Assembly (NCBI GenBank): GCA_964291295.2
Contig: OZ219754.1
Location: 992,001 to 1,056,000, forward strand
Length of the DNA: 64,000 nucleotides
Source: an uncultured Candidatus Binatia bacterium
GTDB lineage: Bacteria > Desulfobacterota > Binatia > UBA9968 > JAJDTQ01
Direction: 5' to 3'
Below the pieces are notes generated by a model, which saw only the letters and a list, made by a program, of their open reading frames with translations, was not told where the DNA came from and searched no databases. The number at the start of each line of letters is the position of its first letter. Within the stretch, counting starts at the first letter, position 1. This document shows, piece after piece, positions 1-8,998 of the stretch. The position numbers and the translations under genes were made by a program.

Positions 1-1266
1 CAACGGCAGCCGCAAGAGCGTCTCAAAAGCGGTCTGGCAGAGCCTCAGCGTCTCGCCTTCCAAGTTCGACGCCTCCCGGGCCAATCGGAATCCGAATTCC
101 TTCAGTTCACCGGCCGAATAGTACCCTTCCATGAAACGGATCAGGGCTTCGATCAGGGGAGCCGGCCCGTGCGCCCGGCGCATCAGGTAGTAGATGTTGT
201 AAAGACGCTCCGCGACGTAATAGAGCTTGCGTCGTTCAGTGCCGCCCGCCACTTCCACGATACCCCGGGCGGTCAGACGATTGAGTTGCGCGCTGCATGT
301 GCTGGTGTCCAGTCTGGCCCGGTCGGAGACTTCCCGGGCTGTGACCGGTCTCCAATGGTGTGCGAGGGCGAGATAGACCTTGCGCTCCTGCGCGGGCAGG
401 GCGTCGAGATGACTCTTGAGATACCCGGTGTGGTCGTCGACCAGATCGAGAAGATCGGCCATCAGTTCGCGAAATGACAGGTCCGCACCGAAGCGGGCCA
501 CGATGGTCAGCAGCCGCGGGCTGCCACCGGTGAGGATACGCAATGCCTGGATCGTTTCCGGGGCCCGACGGCGGCCGGACACCGCCTGCCACAGGGTCGC
601 GCAGTCTTCCGCATCAAGGGGACGCAGCTGTTGCACCCGGAACAGATCGTAAAAGGCCCGCCCGGGATCGTCCATTTCGTCGAACCGACTTGTCGCACTG
701 GCCAACAGCAGTATCCGAGGCTCGGTCTGGAGTGTCTGGCGCAACCACCAACCGGTATCGTCGTCACCTGTGTCTTCGAGCAGCATGTTCAGGTTCTCGA
801 CGAACAGGACGAGGCGTTTGTGCTCCCGGTCGGCGAAATCCTGAAGCGCGCCCAGGCAGCGGTCCCCGAGCGTCCGGTCGTCCCGGACTTGCCGAAGCTC
901 CTCGAACGTCCGGTGCAAGTCCGGGCCGTCTTTCGCGGATGGCGCTTGGCCGGTCAGCCGGGACAGGCATTCGAGCCAGAATTCGCCAGTGGTGGAGACT
1001 TCGTAACTTTCTTCCGCGAAGACGATGGGAAAGAAGCGTACGGACAGGCTCTCGTCACGCCGAATCTCCGCCGCGACGCGCAGCAGGAGGCACGTCTTGC
1101 CGCTGCCGCGCGGGCCGATGACGATCTGGTGCGTGTTCGAGTTGCCCGTGCCCTCGCGCAGCGCTTCGACCACCGATTCGAACTCTCGCGTCCGCACGCA
1201 GAAGGACGCCACGAGTTCGTCGTCGGAGAGGAATCCCGGGTTGTACTTTCTGGCAGTTGCCGTCAT
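1..1266 (-). CDS. STAND-like P-loop ATPase with downstream wHTH-like region (partial, runs off left edge; absent from ORF track)
   Basis: Manual translation from ATG at 1266: MTATARKYNPGFLSDDELVASF...Walker A IGPRGSGKT, Walker B-like LVLFVENLN, ...AERLYNIYYLMRR; open to base 1; ATGA overlap (1263-1266) with upstream gene stop. Confidence 0.8.
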   Translation of the reverse strand, partial: MTATARKYNPGFLSDDELVASFCVRTREFESVVEALREGTGNSNTHQIVIGPRGSGKTCLLLRVAAEIRRDESLSVRFFPIVFAEESYEVSTTGEFWLECLSRLTGQAPSAKDGPDLHRTFEELRQVRDDRTLGDRCLGALQDFADREHKRLVLFVENLNMLLEDTGDDDTGWWLRQTLQTEPRILLLASATSRFDEMDDPGRAFYDLFRVQQLRPLDAEDCATLWQAVSGRRRAPETIQALRILTGGSPRLLTIVARFGADLSFRELMADLLDLVDDHTGYLKSHLDALPAQERKVYLALAHHWRPVTAREVSDRARLDTSTCSAQLNRLTARGIVEVAGGTERRKLYYVAERLYNIYYLMRRAHGPAPLIEALIRFMEGYYSAGELKEFGFRLAREASNLEGETLRLCQTAFETLLRLPL

Positions 1267-2531
1267 GGGCTCGATCTGCGCCCGCGCCGCTCGGGTTGCA
1301 GGGCCGACGTGCAGTTTCCGCCGTAGCGGCCGCACCACCAATCTTCGAGCAAGCCCGATACGAACCGATAGCCGCGCTTCTCGCGTTCCAGATAGCCATC
1401 ATGTTCGAGTACATGCAGCACATCCTCGACCGAAGGGGCTCTGCTCTTGATACGGACAGCGAAATGCGCGCGATACCGGTCGAAGGTATCGCCATCAAGA
1501 TAGCCGTTGACGGCGGTCGCGGTCAGTATCTCCAGGGCGACCGGATAGCCCGTCTGTCCCAGCACCGTTTGCAGCCGGCCTTCGCAATGCTGCAGATCGG
1601 TCTGCCCCCGGACGCTCAGCATCTCGTGCCGATAGACCCACTCCGTGTCGTCCAGTGTTGCGTGGCGTCGGTTGGCATGCCGCAGACGGTCGTGCAGCTT
1701 GTCGAAGAACATCTGTACATGGTGCGGGATGCAGCATCGCAGCCGCCGGCACATGTCCTCCCGAACCTCCGGAGGAAGTCCTATCCCGTAAGTCTCGGCA
1801 AGCGCCTCCAGACAGTCCGCAGAGGTTGCCGTGTTCCAGGGTTTCAGATCGTGGGCGGAATAGATGTTGGCGTGCGCGCTCAGGCCGGCCTGCTCCAGAA
1901 GCGGCTCGAGGCCCACGCTGCCCGACAGGATCATCGAAATCCGACCTTGATGGATCTGCCCGTTCCTGCGCAGCCAGCTCAGGAAGGCGTCCGTCGTCCC
2001 TTTCCCTCCCGGCGTTATGGCGCCTGTATGATCCTTGAGTATCCGGTTTATGAGGATCGGCAACTCGTCGACCGCGAGGACAACGGGGCGGTCGCTCGCC
2101 GCCAGCGCGGCGAACATCTGATCTCCTCTCTGCGGCCAATTACCCGAATCGATCCCGCCGCGCAGCTTCACCTTGAGGTCCGCAACAGACAGTTCCTCGA
2201 TTTGTCCTCCGGCCGCTCTCAGCAGATTGCCGAAGTCCGCCGCGATTCGATTCCACGCACCGTGCAGCCGCTTCGCCTGTACGGCAATCTCCGCGATTGC
2301 GTCCGCCGGGTCCATTGCGGCTTCCACATCGACAAAGACCGGCTCGAAGTCGCCCGTTTCCGCCAGACGCCGCAGCAACTCCCGCACGAGGCTCGTCTTG
2401 CCCATGCGCCGCTGTGCCGTCAGGAGGGTGTGGCTCCTCTCCCGAACACGTTCTTCGAGCGCTTCGAGCTCGACCTCGCGATCGAAGAACCGGTCTCCGT
2501 CGACCCAGTTGCTCCCGCCCTTTTTGAGCAT
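1263..2531 (-). CDS. AAA/archaeal-type (STAND-like) ATPase
   Basis: FFDREVEL...AQRRMGKTS Walker A, VLAVDE Walker B, ILSGS sensor; GGAGG RBS before ATG at 2531. Confidence 0.85.
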   Translation of the reverse strand: MLKKGGSNWVDGDRFFDREVELEALEERVRERSHTLLTAQRRMGKTSLVRELLRRLAETGDFEPVFVDVEAAMDPADAIAEIAVQAKRLHGAWNRIAADFGNLLRAAGGQIEELSVADLKVKLRGGIDSGNWPQRGDQMFAALAASDRPVVLAVDELPILINRILKDHTGAITPGGKGTTDAFLSWLRRNGQIHQGRISMILSGSVGLEPLLEQAGLSAHANIYSAHDLKPWNTATSADCLEALAETYGIGLPPEVREDMCRRLRCCIPHHVQMFFDKLHDRLRHANRRHATLDDTEWVYRHEMLSVRGQTDLQHCEGRLQTVLGQTGYPVALEILTATAVNGYLDGDTFDRYRAHFAVRIKSRAPSVEDVLHVLEHDGYLEREKRGYRFVSGLLEDWWCGRYGGNCTSALQPERRGRRSSP

Positions 2532-2546
2532 CACCCCCTCCCAACG

Positions 2547-2602
2547 GTTTCGTTGGCAACAACGTTGACAACAATATAGTTGGCAACGAAACTGTTGTCA
2601 AC
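2547..2602. promoter_or_regulatory. Array of four GTTGNCAAC palindromes (putative operator)
   Basis: GTTGGCAAC 2552-2560, GTTGACAAC 2564-2572, GTTGGCAAC 2579-2587, GTTGTCAAC 2594-2602 in an AT-rich stretch upstream of the ATPase pair. Confidence 0.55.
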
Positions 2603-2804
2603 ATGGGTTTTCTCGGCCAAACACGTGGGCACGACTCGATCCGTGATGCACGACGAGCGTCCCGATCGTCTTCATGGTTTCCGGGCACCTGCGGCAAGAC
2701 TCCCTGGGCCGGCATCCCTGGGTGGGCGCCCCCTGGGCTGGCATTCATGGTAGGCTTGCTGTCTTCGCAGCCGGACGACCGCGCTGGACAGGCCGGGAGA
2801 TGCC

Positions 2805-5024
2805 ATGCCGCAACACACTTCATACCGTTTCCAGCATGTGGGCCGGGACGTTCCCCGGGTGGATGGGTTGGACAAGGTGACGGGGCGGGCCAGGTATACC
2901 GGCGACATCGTGCTGCCGGGGATGCTCGAAGGCCGGATCCTGCGAAGCCCGCTGCCGCACGCGCGCATCCGTGCCATCGACGCCACCAGGGCGGAGGCGC
3001 TTGGCGGCGTCCACGCGGTGGTCACCGCCGGCGACCTGGAGGGGCTGGACCCCTTCTACAACGGCCGTCCGGTGGTGGCCATGGAGAAGGTGCGCTACGT
3101 CGGCGAGCCGGTGGCGGCGGTGGCGGCGGCGGATGAGCATATCGCGGAGGCGGCGCTGGCGCTCATCGAGGTGGACTACGAGGCGCTGCCGCCGGTGCTC
3201 GGCATGGACGCGGCGCTGGCGCCGGGGGCGCCGCAGATTCACGACGACGCGCCCGGCAACGTGTGTGCGCACGAGCGGGTGGCGCAGGGGGATGTCGCCC
3301 GGGGGTTCGCCGCCTCGGACCGTGTCTTCGAGGCGCGGTACACGTTCCCCAGCGTCTACCACTACAGCATGGAGCCCCATGCCGCGGTGGCCCGTTACGG
3401 CGCGGACCGCATCGACCTCTGGTCCTCGGCCCAGCATCCGTTCCTGGTCCAGGGGGATATCGCGCGCATCTTCGGCGTCGCCCGCTCCCAGGTGCGCCTG
3501 CAGGTCCCCTTTCTGGGCGGCGGCTTCGGCGGCAAGTCCTACAGCAAGTTCGAGCCCCTGGTGGTGCTGCTCGCGCGCAAGGCGGGTCGTCCGGTGCGGG
3601 TGTGCCTGTCGGTTGCCGAGGCGATGGTGACGGTTCGGCGCCACGGCGCCACCGTCAGGCTCAAGACCGGGGTGAACAACGACGGTACCCTGATGGCCCG
3701 GCAGGCCGAAATCCATCTCGACACCGGCGCGTTCACCGAGAACACGACAATGGTGGCGCGACTCGCCGCCACCCGGGTGCTGGGTCCCTACCGCATCCCG
3801 CACCTCAGGAGCGATGTCTACTCCGTGCACACCAATGCCGGCTCCGCGGGTTCGTTCCGCTCCGTGGCCGCGCCCCAGACGCTCTTTGCCTGCGAGTCGC
3901 AGATGGACGAGATCGCGGCGGCCCTGGGCATGGACCCGCTGGAGCTGCGCGACCGGAACCTGCTCAAGCGCGGCGAGGTCCTGCAACCCGGGCTGCGGCC
4001 CGTGGACGTGGATCTCCGTTCGAGCCTGAGGCGGCTCGCCTCCGGGTCGCGCTGGCGTGCCCGCCACCGGAAGGCGCCGCTGGGCCTTGCCTGCGGTGCC
4101 ACCAACGCCGGCGGCGTGTTGCCGGTGTCCGTGGCGCTGGTTCGCCTGGGACCGGACGGCCACGTTTCGATACTGGCCGGCAGCACCGAGATGGGCCAGG
4201 GGGTGCGGACCACCCTGACGCAGATCGTCGCCGAGGAGCTTGTGTTGCCGTGCCACCGGGTCCAGGCCGTGCCCGCGGACACCACGGTCACGCCGTATGA
4301 CCACTCCACCGGAGCCAGCCGTTCCACCACGGTCATGGGGCGGGCGGTCCAGGCGGCGGCCCGGGACCTCAAGCGGCAGTTGCGCGCCCTGGCGGCAAAG
4401 GCATTCGGCGTCACGCCGGGCAAGGTGCGCCTGTCCGGGGGACGGCTTGTGGCCGGCGAGCGGGCGATGTCGTTCACCGACGCTTTGGCCTGCCGCTTCG
4501 GCGCCGTCGCCGGGGAGCTCGTGGGCCGCGGCACCATGGGTCCGGAGATGGTCGGCGGCATGACGCCGGTACTCTGGGAGGTGGGCATGGGCGTGGCCGA
4601 ACTGGAGATCGACGGCGACACCGGTGCGCTGAATCTGGCCAGCTACATCTCCGTGGCCGACGTGGGCAAGGCCATCCATCCGCAACACTGCGTGGGGCAG
4701 GAAGAGGGTGCGGCGATGATGGGCATCGGCCACACCTTCATGGAGCGGATGGTCCACGACGACCACCAGTTGCTCAACCCCGGTCTCGTGGACTACCGCG
4801 TGCCGAAGTTCGAGGATCTGCCGGCGGAGTACCACACGTTTCTTGTGGAGAACCGGGATGGCGTGGGTCCCTACGGCAGCCGCGGCATGGGCGAGGGCGG
4901 CATCTTCCCGGTCGCCCCCGCGGTGGCCAGCGCGCTGGCCCGGGCCACCGGGGTGCGTATTCGCGACCTGCCGCTCACCCCCGAGCGGGTGTGGCGGGCA
5001 CTGAGGGACGGGGGGGCGGATTAG
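2805..5024 (+). CDS. Xanthine dehydrogenase-family molybdopterin-binding subunit
   Basis: KVTGRARYTGD, LRSPLPHARI, GGGFGGK, EMGQG, GMGEGG, LPLTPERVW motifs. Confidence 0.93.
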   Translation: MPQHTSYRFQHVGRDVPRVDGLDKVTGRARYTGDIVLPGMLEGRILRSPLPHARIRAIDATRAEALGGVHAVVTAGDLEGLDPFYNGRPVVAMEKVRYVGEPVAAVAAADEHIAEAALALIEVDYEALPPVLGMDAALAPGAPQIHDDAPGNVCAHERVAQGDVARGFAASDRVFEARYTFPSVYHYSMEPHAAVARYGADRIDLWSSAQHPFLVQGDIARIFGVARSQVRLQVPFLGGGFGGKSYSKFEPLVVLLARKAGRPVRVCLSVAEAMVTVRRHGATVRLKTGVNNDGTLMARQAEIHLDTGAFTENTTMVARLAATRVLGPYRIPHLRSDVYSVHTNAGSAGSFRSVAAPQTLFACESQMDEIAAALGMDPLELRDRNLLKRGEVLQPGLRPVDVDLRSSLRRLASGSRWRARHRKAPLGLACGATNAGGVLPVSVALVRLGPDGHVSILAGSTEMGQGVRTTLTQIVAEELVLPCHRVQAVPADTTVTPYDHSTGASRSTTVMGRAVQAAARDLKRQLRALAAKAFGVTPGKVRLSGGRLVAGERAMSFTDALACRFGAVAGELVGRGTMGPEMVGGMTPVLWEVGMGVAELEIDGDTGALNLASYISVADVGKAIHPQHCVGQEEGAAMMGIGHTFMERMVHDDHQLLNPGLVDYRVPKFEDLPAEYHTFLVENRDGVGPYGSRGMGEGGIFPVAPAVASALARATGVRIRDLPLTPERVWRALRDGGAD

Positions 5025-7333
5025 CCGTCCGCGCGCTCCCGGAGCCAGGCGCGGATGCGGTCGGGGCTGAGCGGGAGGTCCTTGACCTCGATGCCGAGAG
5101 CATTGCTGACGGCGTTGCCCAAGGCGCCGGCGGTGCCGACGATGCCGCCCTCCCCGGCGCCCTTGACGCCCAGCGGGTTGTAGGGCGAAGGCGCCTCCTC
5201 CAGCACCAGGTCGTCAATGGGCGGGACGTCGGTGCTGGTGGGCAGCAGGTAGTCCAGGAAGGTGGTGGTGAGGAGTTGGCCGCCCTCGCCGTACACGAGC
5301 TCTTCCAGCACCACGCCGCCGATGCCCTGCACCGCGGCGCCCACGGTCTGGCCGCGCACCATGAGGGGGTTGACCACCCGGCCCACGTCCTCCACCACCA
5401 GGTACTTGAGCACTTCCAGCATGCCGGTTTCGGGGTCCACGGCCACGTGGGCCAAGTGCACGCCGTAGGTGTGGGTGATGTTGTCGGAGTTGTAGTAGGC
5501 GGTGGCTTCCAGTTCGGGGACGCCCTGCCCCGGGATGATGGACTCGCGCATGTGCGCCACCAGCTTTCCCAGCGGCAGCGCCGGTGCCTCGGTGCCGGTA
5601 CGGACGATGTTGCCGTCCTCCAGCGACAGGCCGGCGGTGTCCGTGCCCATGTGGCGGGCGGCCGCCGCCAGTATCTTGTCCTTGAGTTGCAGCGCGGTGA
5701 GGTGCACGGCGTTGCCGGCCATGACCGTGCCGCGGCTGGCGAAGGTGCCCCAGCCGAAGGGCGAGAGGTCGGTATTGCCGTGGAACACCGAGATGGCGTC
5801 CATGGGCACCCCCAGGGCGTCGGCGCAGATCTGCGCCATGGCGGTCTCGTGCCCCTGTCCCAACTGGGCGATGCTCAGGAACACGCTGACCCCGCCACCC
5901 TCGCCCACCACCATGCGGGCGCCCTCGTAGGGCTCCAGCCCGCCGGTATTCTTGACGAAGTACGAAAGCCCCACGCCGTGGTGGCGGCCATCCTCCCGCA
6001 GCCCCTGAAGCCCCCGCACTTGGTCGTAGTCGAACCGTTCCAGGGCCTGCCGGAGCGCGCTCGGGTAGTCGCCGCTGTCGAGGATGGTGGGGTGGGCGCC
6101 GGGCCGGGTGAATCCCACCTCGTAGGGGATCTCCTCGGGCCGCACCAGATTCTTGCGCCGCAGCTCCACCGGATCCAGCTCCAGGTCCCGGGCCATCATG
6201 TCCAGCATGCGCTCGCGGTAGAAGCACGACTCCACCCGCCCGGGGGCGCGCAGCGTGCCCATGCCGGTCTTGTTGGTCATGACGCAGTGGATCCTGGCTT
6301 CATAGTTGGGGATCCGGTAGGGGCCGGTCAGCAGCGCCGCCGTGGAGCAGGGCACCAGTCCTCCGTGGGTGCGCACGTAGGCGCCCATGTCGCCGTAGAT
6401 CCGCGCCCGCACGGCCAGCAGGGTGCCGTCCCGTCGCGCCGCCATCTCCAGTTCGCAGGTGATCTGCCGCGAGTGGTTGGCCGCCAACAGGTGCTCGCGC
6501 CGGTCCTCGATCCACTTCACCGGCGCTCCCAGCCGCATGGAGGCGAAGGGAATCAGGAAATCCTCGGGGTAGAGTTCGCCGCGGATGCCGAAGCCGCCGC
6601 CCACGTCGTTTTCCTCGAAGTGGCACTTGTGTTCCGGCAGTTGCAGGAAGGCGGCGATGGTCTGGCGGTTCAGGTGCGGCAGCTTGGTGGCGCCGTAGAC
6701 CCGGAGTTCTCCCTTGCCGCGGTCGAAATGCGCCACGATGCCCCGGGTCTCCATGGGATTGCCGGTGAAGCGGTGCACCCGGAACTCTTCCCGGCGGGTG
6801 TAGTCGGCTTCCGCGAAGGCCCTGTCGGCGTCGCCGATGGAAACGTGGTGAACCCCGGCCAGATTGGTGCCGTTGTGGGCGTGTACCACCACCTTGTCCT
6901 CGAGTGCCTCCCGCACGTCCATGACTTCCGGCAGCACCTCGTAGTCGACGTCGATGGCGTCCAGTGCGTCCTCGGCGAGGTAGCGGCTCTCGGCCACGGC
7001 CACGGCCACGGGCTCGCCCACGTAACGCACCATGTCCCGGGCCAGCGACGGCTGAAGGTATTTGTCGAGTCCCGGGATCCTGTACATGCGGATGGGAACG
7101 GTGGCGTCCAGTTCGCCGAGGTCCTTGCACGTGAACACCGAGACCACGCCCGGCAGGGCCTCGGCCCGGCGGGTGTCGATGCCGCGGATGCGCGCGTGTG
7201 CATGGGGGCTGCGAAGGATGGCGGCATGGACCATGTGGGGCAGCCGGATGTCGTCCACGTAGGTGCCCGTGCCGGTGATGAAGCGGACGTCCTCGCGCCG
7301 CTTGATGGGAGCGCCGATGTATGTTTCCGCCAT
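5021..7333 (-). CDS. Xanthine dehydrogenase/CoxL-like molybdopterin-binding subunit
   Basis: RREDVRFITGTGTYVDD, LRSPHAHARI, DVGGGFG, GQGHET, GVKGAGEGG. Confidence 0.93.
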   Translation of the reverse strand: MAETYIGAPIKRREDVRFITGTGTYVDDIRLPHMVHAAILRSPHAHARIRGIDTRRAEALPGVVSVFTCKDLGELDATVPIRMYRIPGLDKYLQPSLARDMVRYVGEPVAVAVAESRYLAEDALDAIDVDYEVLPEVMDVREALEDKVVVHAHNGTNLAGVHHVSIGDADRAFAEADYTRREEFRVHRFTGNPMETRGIVAHFDRGKGELRVYGATKLPHLNRQTIAAFLQLPEHKCHFEENDVGGGFGIRGELYPEDFLIPFASMRLGAPVKWIEDRREHLLAANHSRQITCELEMAARRDGTLLAVRARIYGDMGAYVRTHGGLVPCSTAALLTGPYRIPNYEARIHCVMTNKTGMGTLRAPGRVESCFYRERMLDMMARDLELDPVELRRKNLVRPEEIPYEVGFTRPGAHPTILDSGDYPSALRQALERFDYDQVRGLQGLREDGRHHGVGLSYFVKNTGGLEPYEGARMVVGEGGGVSVFLSIAQLGQGHETAMAQICADALGVPMDAISVFHGNTDLSPFGWGTFASRGTVMAGNAVHLTALQLKDKILAAAARHMGTDTAGLSLEDGNIVRTGTEAPALPLGKLVAHMRESIIPGQGVPELEATAYYNSDNITHTYGVHLAHVAVDPETGMLEVLKYLVVEDVGRVVNPLMVRGQTVGAAVQGIGGVVLEELVYGEGGQLLTTTFLDYLLPTSTDVPPIDDLVLEEAPSPYNPLGVKGAGEGGIVGTAGALGNAVSNALGIEVKDLPLSPDRIRAWLRERADG

Positions 7334-7404
7334 GGCCGAATGTTCCGTTCAGGAGCCGCGCGCGGGGCCGGACTCGTCCTGGCGAGTCCGGGCGACCGCC
7401 GCGA

Positions 7405-7896
7405 TCAGGCCTTGTCCGATCCGCCGTCCAGTTCCGGGGCGGCCTGCGCGATGGCCTCGATGATGGGCTGATAGCCGGTGCACCGGCAGAGGTTTCCCGA
7501 TATGGCCTCGCGGATTTCGGCATCCGTGGGCTGAGGGTTCTCCTTCAGGAAGGCGGACGCGGTCATCAGGAAACCGGGGGTGCAGAAGCCGCACTGGAGC
7601 GCGTGCCGGTCCTGGAACGCCGCCTGCAGGGGGTGCAGCCGGTCGCCGTCCGCCAGCCCCTCGACGGTTTCCAGCGTCGCCCCTTCCGCCTGCACCGCCA
7701 GCAGCAGGCAGGAGCGCACCGCCTCGCCGTCCATGATCACCGTGCAGGCGCCGCACACGCCGTGCTCGCAGCCCAGGTGAGTGCCGGTGAGGTCGAGTTC
7801 GTTCCTGAGAAAATCGGCCAGCGTCATGCGCACTTCCACGAGCTTCTCATACGCCTTGCCGTTCACTGTCAGGTTCACGATGCTCTTGGTGCTCAT
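7405..7896 (-). CDS. (2Fe-2S)-binding subunit, CoxS/CutS family
   Basis: MSTKSIVNLTVNG..., GCEHGVCGACT, QCGFCTPG, GNLCRCTGY; ATGA overlap with FAD-subunit stop. Confidence 0.93.
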   Translation of the reverse strand: MSTKSIVNLTVNGKAYEKLVEVRMTLADFLRNELDLTGTHLGCEHGVCGACTVIMDGEAVRSCLLLAVQAEGATLETVEGLADGDRLHPLQAAFQDRHALQCGFCTPGFLMTASAFLKENPQPTDAEIREAISGNLCRCTGYQPIIEAIAQAAPELDGGSDKA

Positions 7897-8777
7897 GACG
7901 CGCTGCCCTCTCCATTGGCCCGGGCCGCGGCCGCCTTCAGCGCGCGCCGGGTGAGAACGCCGCCCACCTCCTTGCGGTACAGCGCCGAGGCGTGGATGTC
8001 GGAGTCGGGCTCCAGCTCCTCGAAGACGATGCGCTCCACCTCCTTCAGGGTGGCGTCGTCCAGGGCGGCGCCCCGGAGGCGCTGCTCCGCCTTCTCGACC
8101 CGGACCGGCCTGCCTCCCACGCCGAACAGCACGATGCGCGCGTCCGTGCAGGCGGCGCCGTCGCTGTCCACCCAGAGCGCCACGCCGACCATGGCGAAGT
8201 CGCCCTTGCGGCGGGACACCTCGTCGATTGCCCAGAGCCGCCCCGGTTTCCAAGCCGGCACGCGAACCTCGGTCAGCACCTCGTTGGCTTGGGTGGCCGT
8301 GGCCATGTAGCCGAGATAGAACTCTTCCGCGCTGACCACCCGCTCCCCGGCGGTGCTGGCAAGCACCAGTTCCGCGTCCAGGGCCACCGACACCGCCGGC
8401 AGCTCCGCTGCGGGGTCGGCATGGACCAGGCTGCCGCCCACCGTGCCGCGGTTGCGGATCTGGAAATGTCCGATCAAGGGCACGGCCGCCGCCAGCAGGG
8501 GATGGCGGGCCGGGAGAGCGGCGTCCCGTTCCAGCGCCCGCTGGCGCACCAGCGCGCCGATGCGGAGGCCGCCGTCGCCGTTGGCGGCCACCGCGTCCAG
8601 ACCGGGAACGCGGTTCAGGTCCACGATCACCGCCGGCCGGGCCAGACGCAGGCTCATGAGCGGCATCAGGCTCTGCCCGCCGGCGAGAACCTTGCCGTCG
8701 TCGTTGTGCTCGTCAAGCAGGCGAACCGCCTCGTCCAGGGTCTCCGGGCGGCAGTAGCGAAAAGGTGCAGGTTTCAT
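7893..8777 (-). CDS. FAD-binding subunit, CoxM/CutM family
   Basis: MKPAPFRY, LAGGQSLMP, QIRNRGTVGGS, ADPAAE. Confidence 0.93.
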   Translation of the reverse strand: MKPAPFRYCRPETLDEAVRLLDEHNDDGKVLAGGQSLMPLMSLRLARPAVIVDLNRVPGLDAVAANGDGGLRIGALVRQRALERDAALPARHPLLAAAVPLIGHFQIRNRGTVGGSLVHADPAAELPAVSVALDAELVLASTAGERVVSAEEFYLGYMATATQANEVLTEVRVPAWKPGRLWAIDEVSRRKGDFAMVGVALWVDSDGAACTDARIVLFGVGGRPVRVEKAEQRLRGAALDDATLKEVERIVFEELEPDSDIHASALYRKEVGGVLTRRALKAAAARANGEGSAS

Positions 8778-8998
8778 CGTGTCGTTGAAACGGAAAGGAA
8801 CGCCAGAAGGACTGGCGTCCCGGCCGCGCCCCGAAGCTACGGCTCCGGCGCGGTCTCGGACTCCGGCACATTCTCCGGCGTCCGGCGCGGTTCATGCGTT
8901 GCGTAGCCCGTTGCGTAGCCAATTGGCCTTTACTTGTCAACTTGACTTGTCAACAATGGCCGTTGCCACAATCACCCAGGCGGTTCTCGGGGCGAAAC

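Noticed and set aside
5021-8777. Aerobic CO dehydrogenase (coxMSL)
   Set aside because: The large subunit lacks AYxCSFR (form I) and AYRGAGR (form II), and no cox accessory genes are present.
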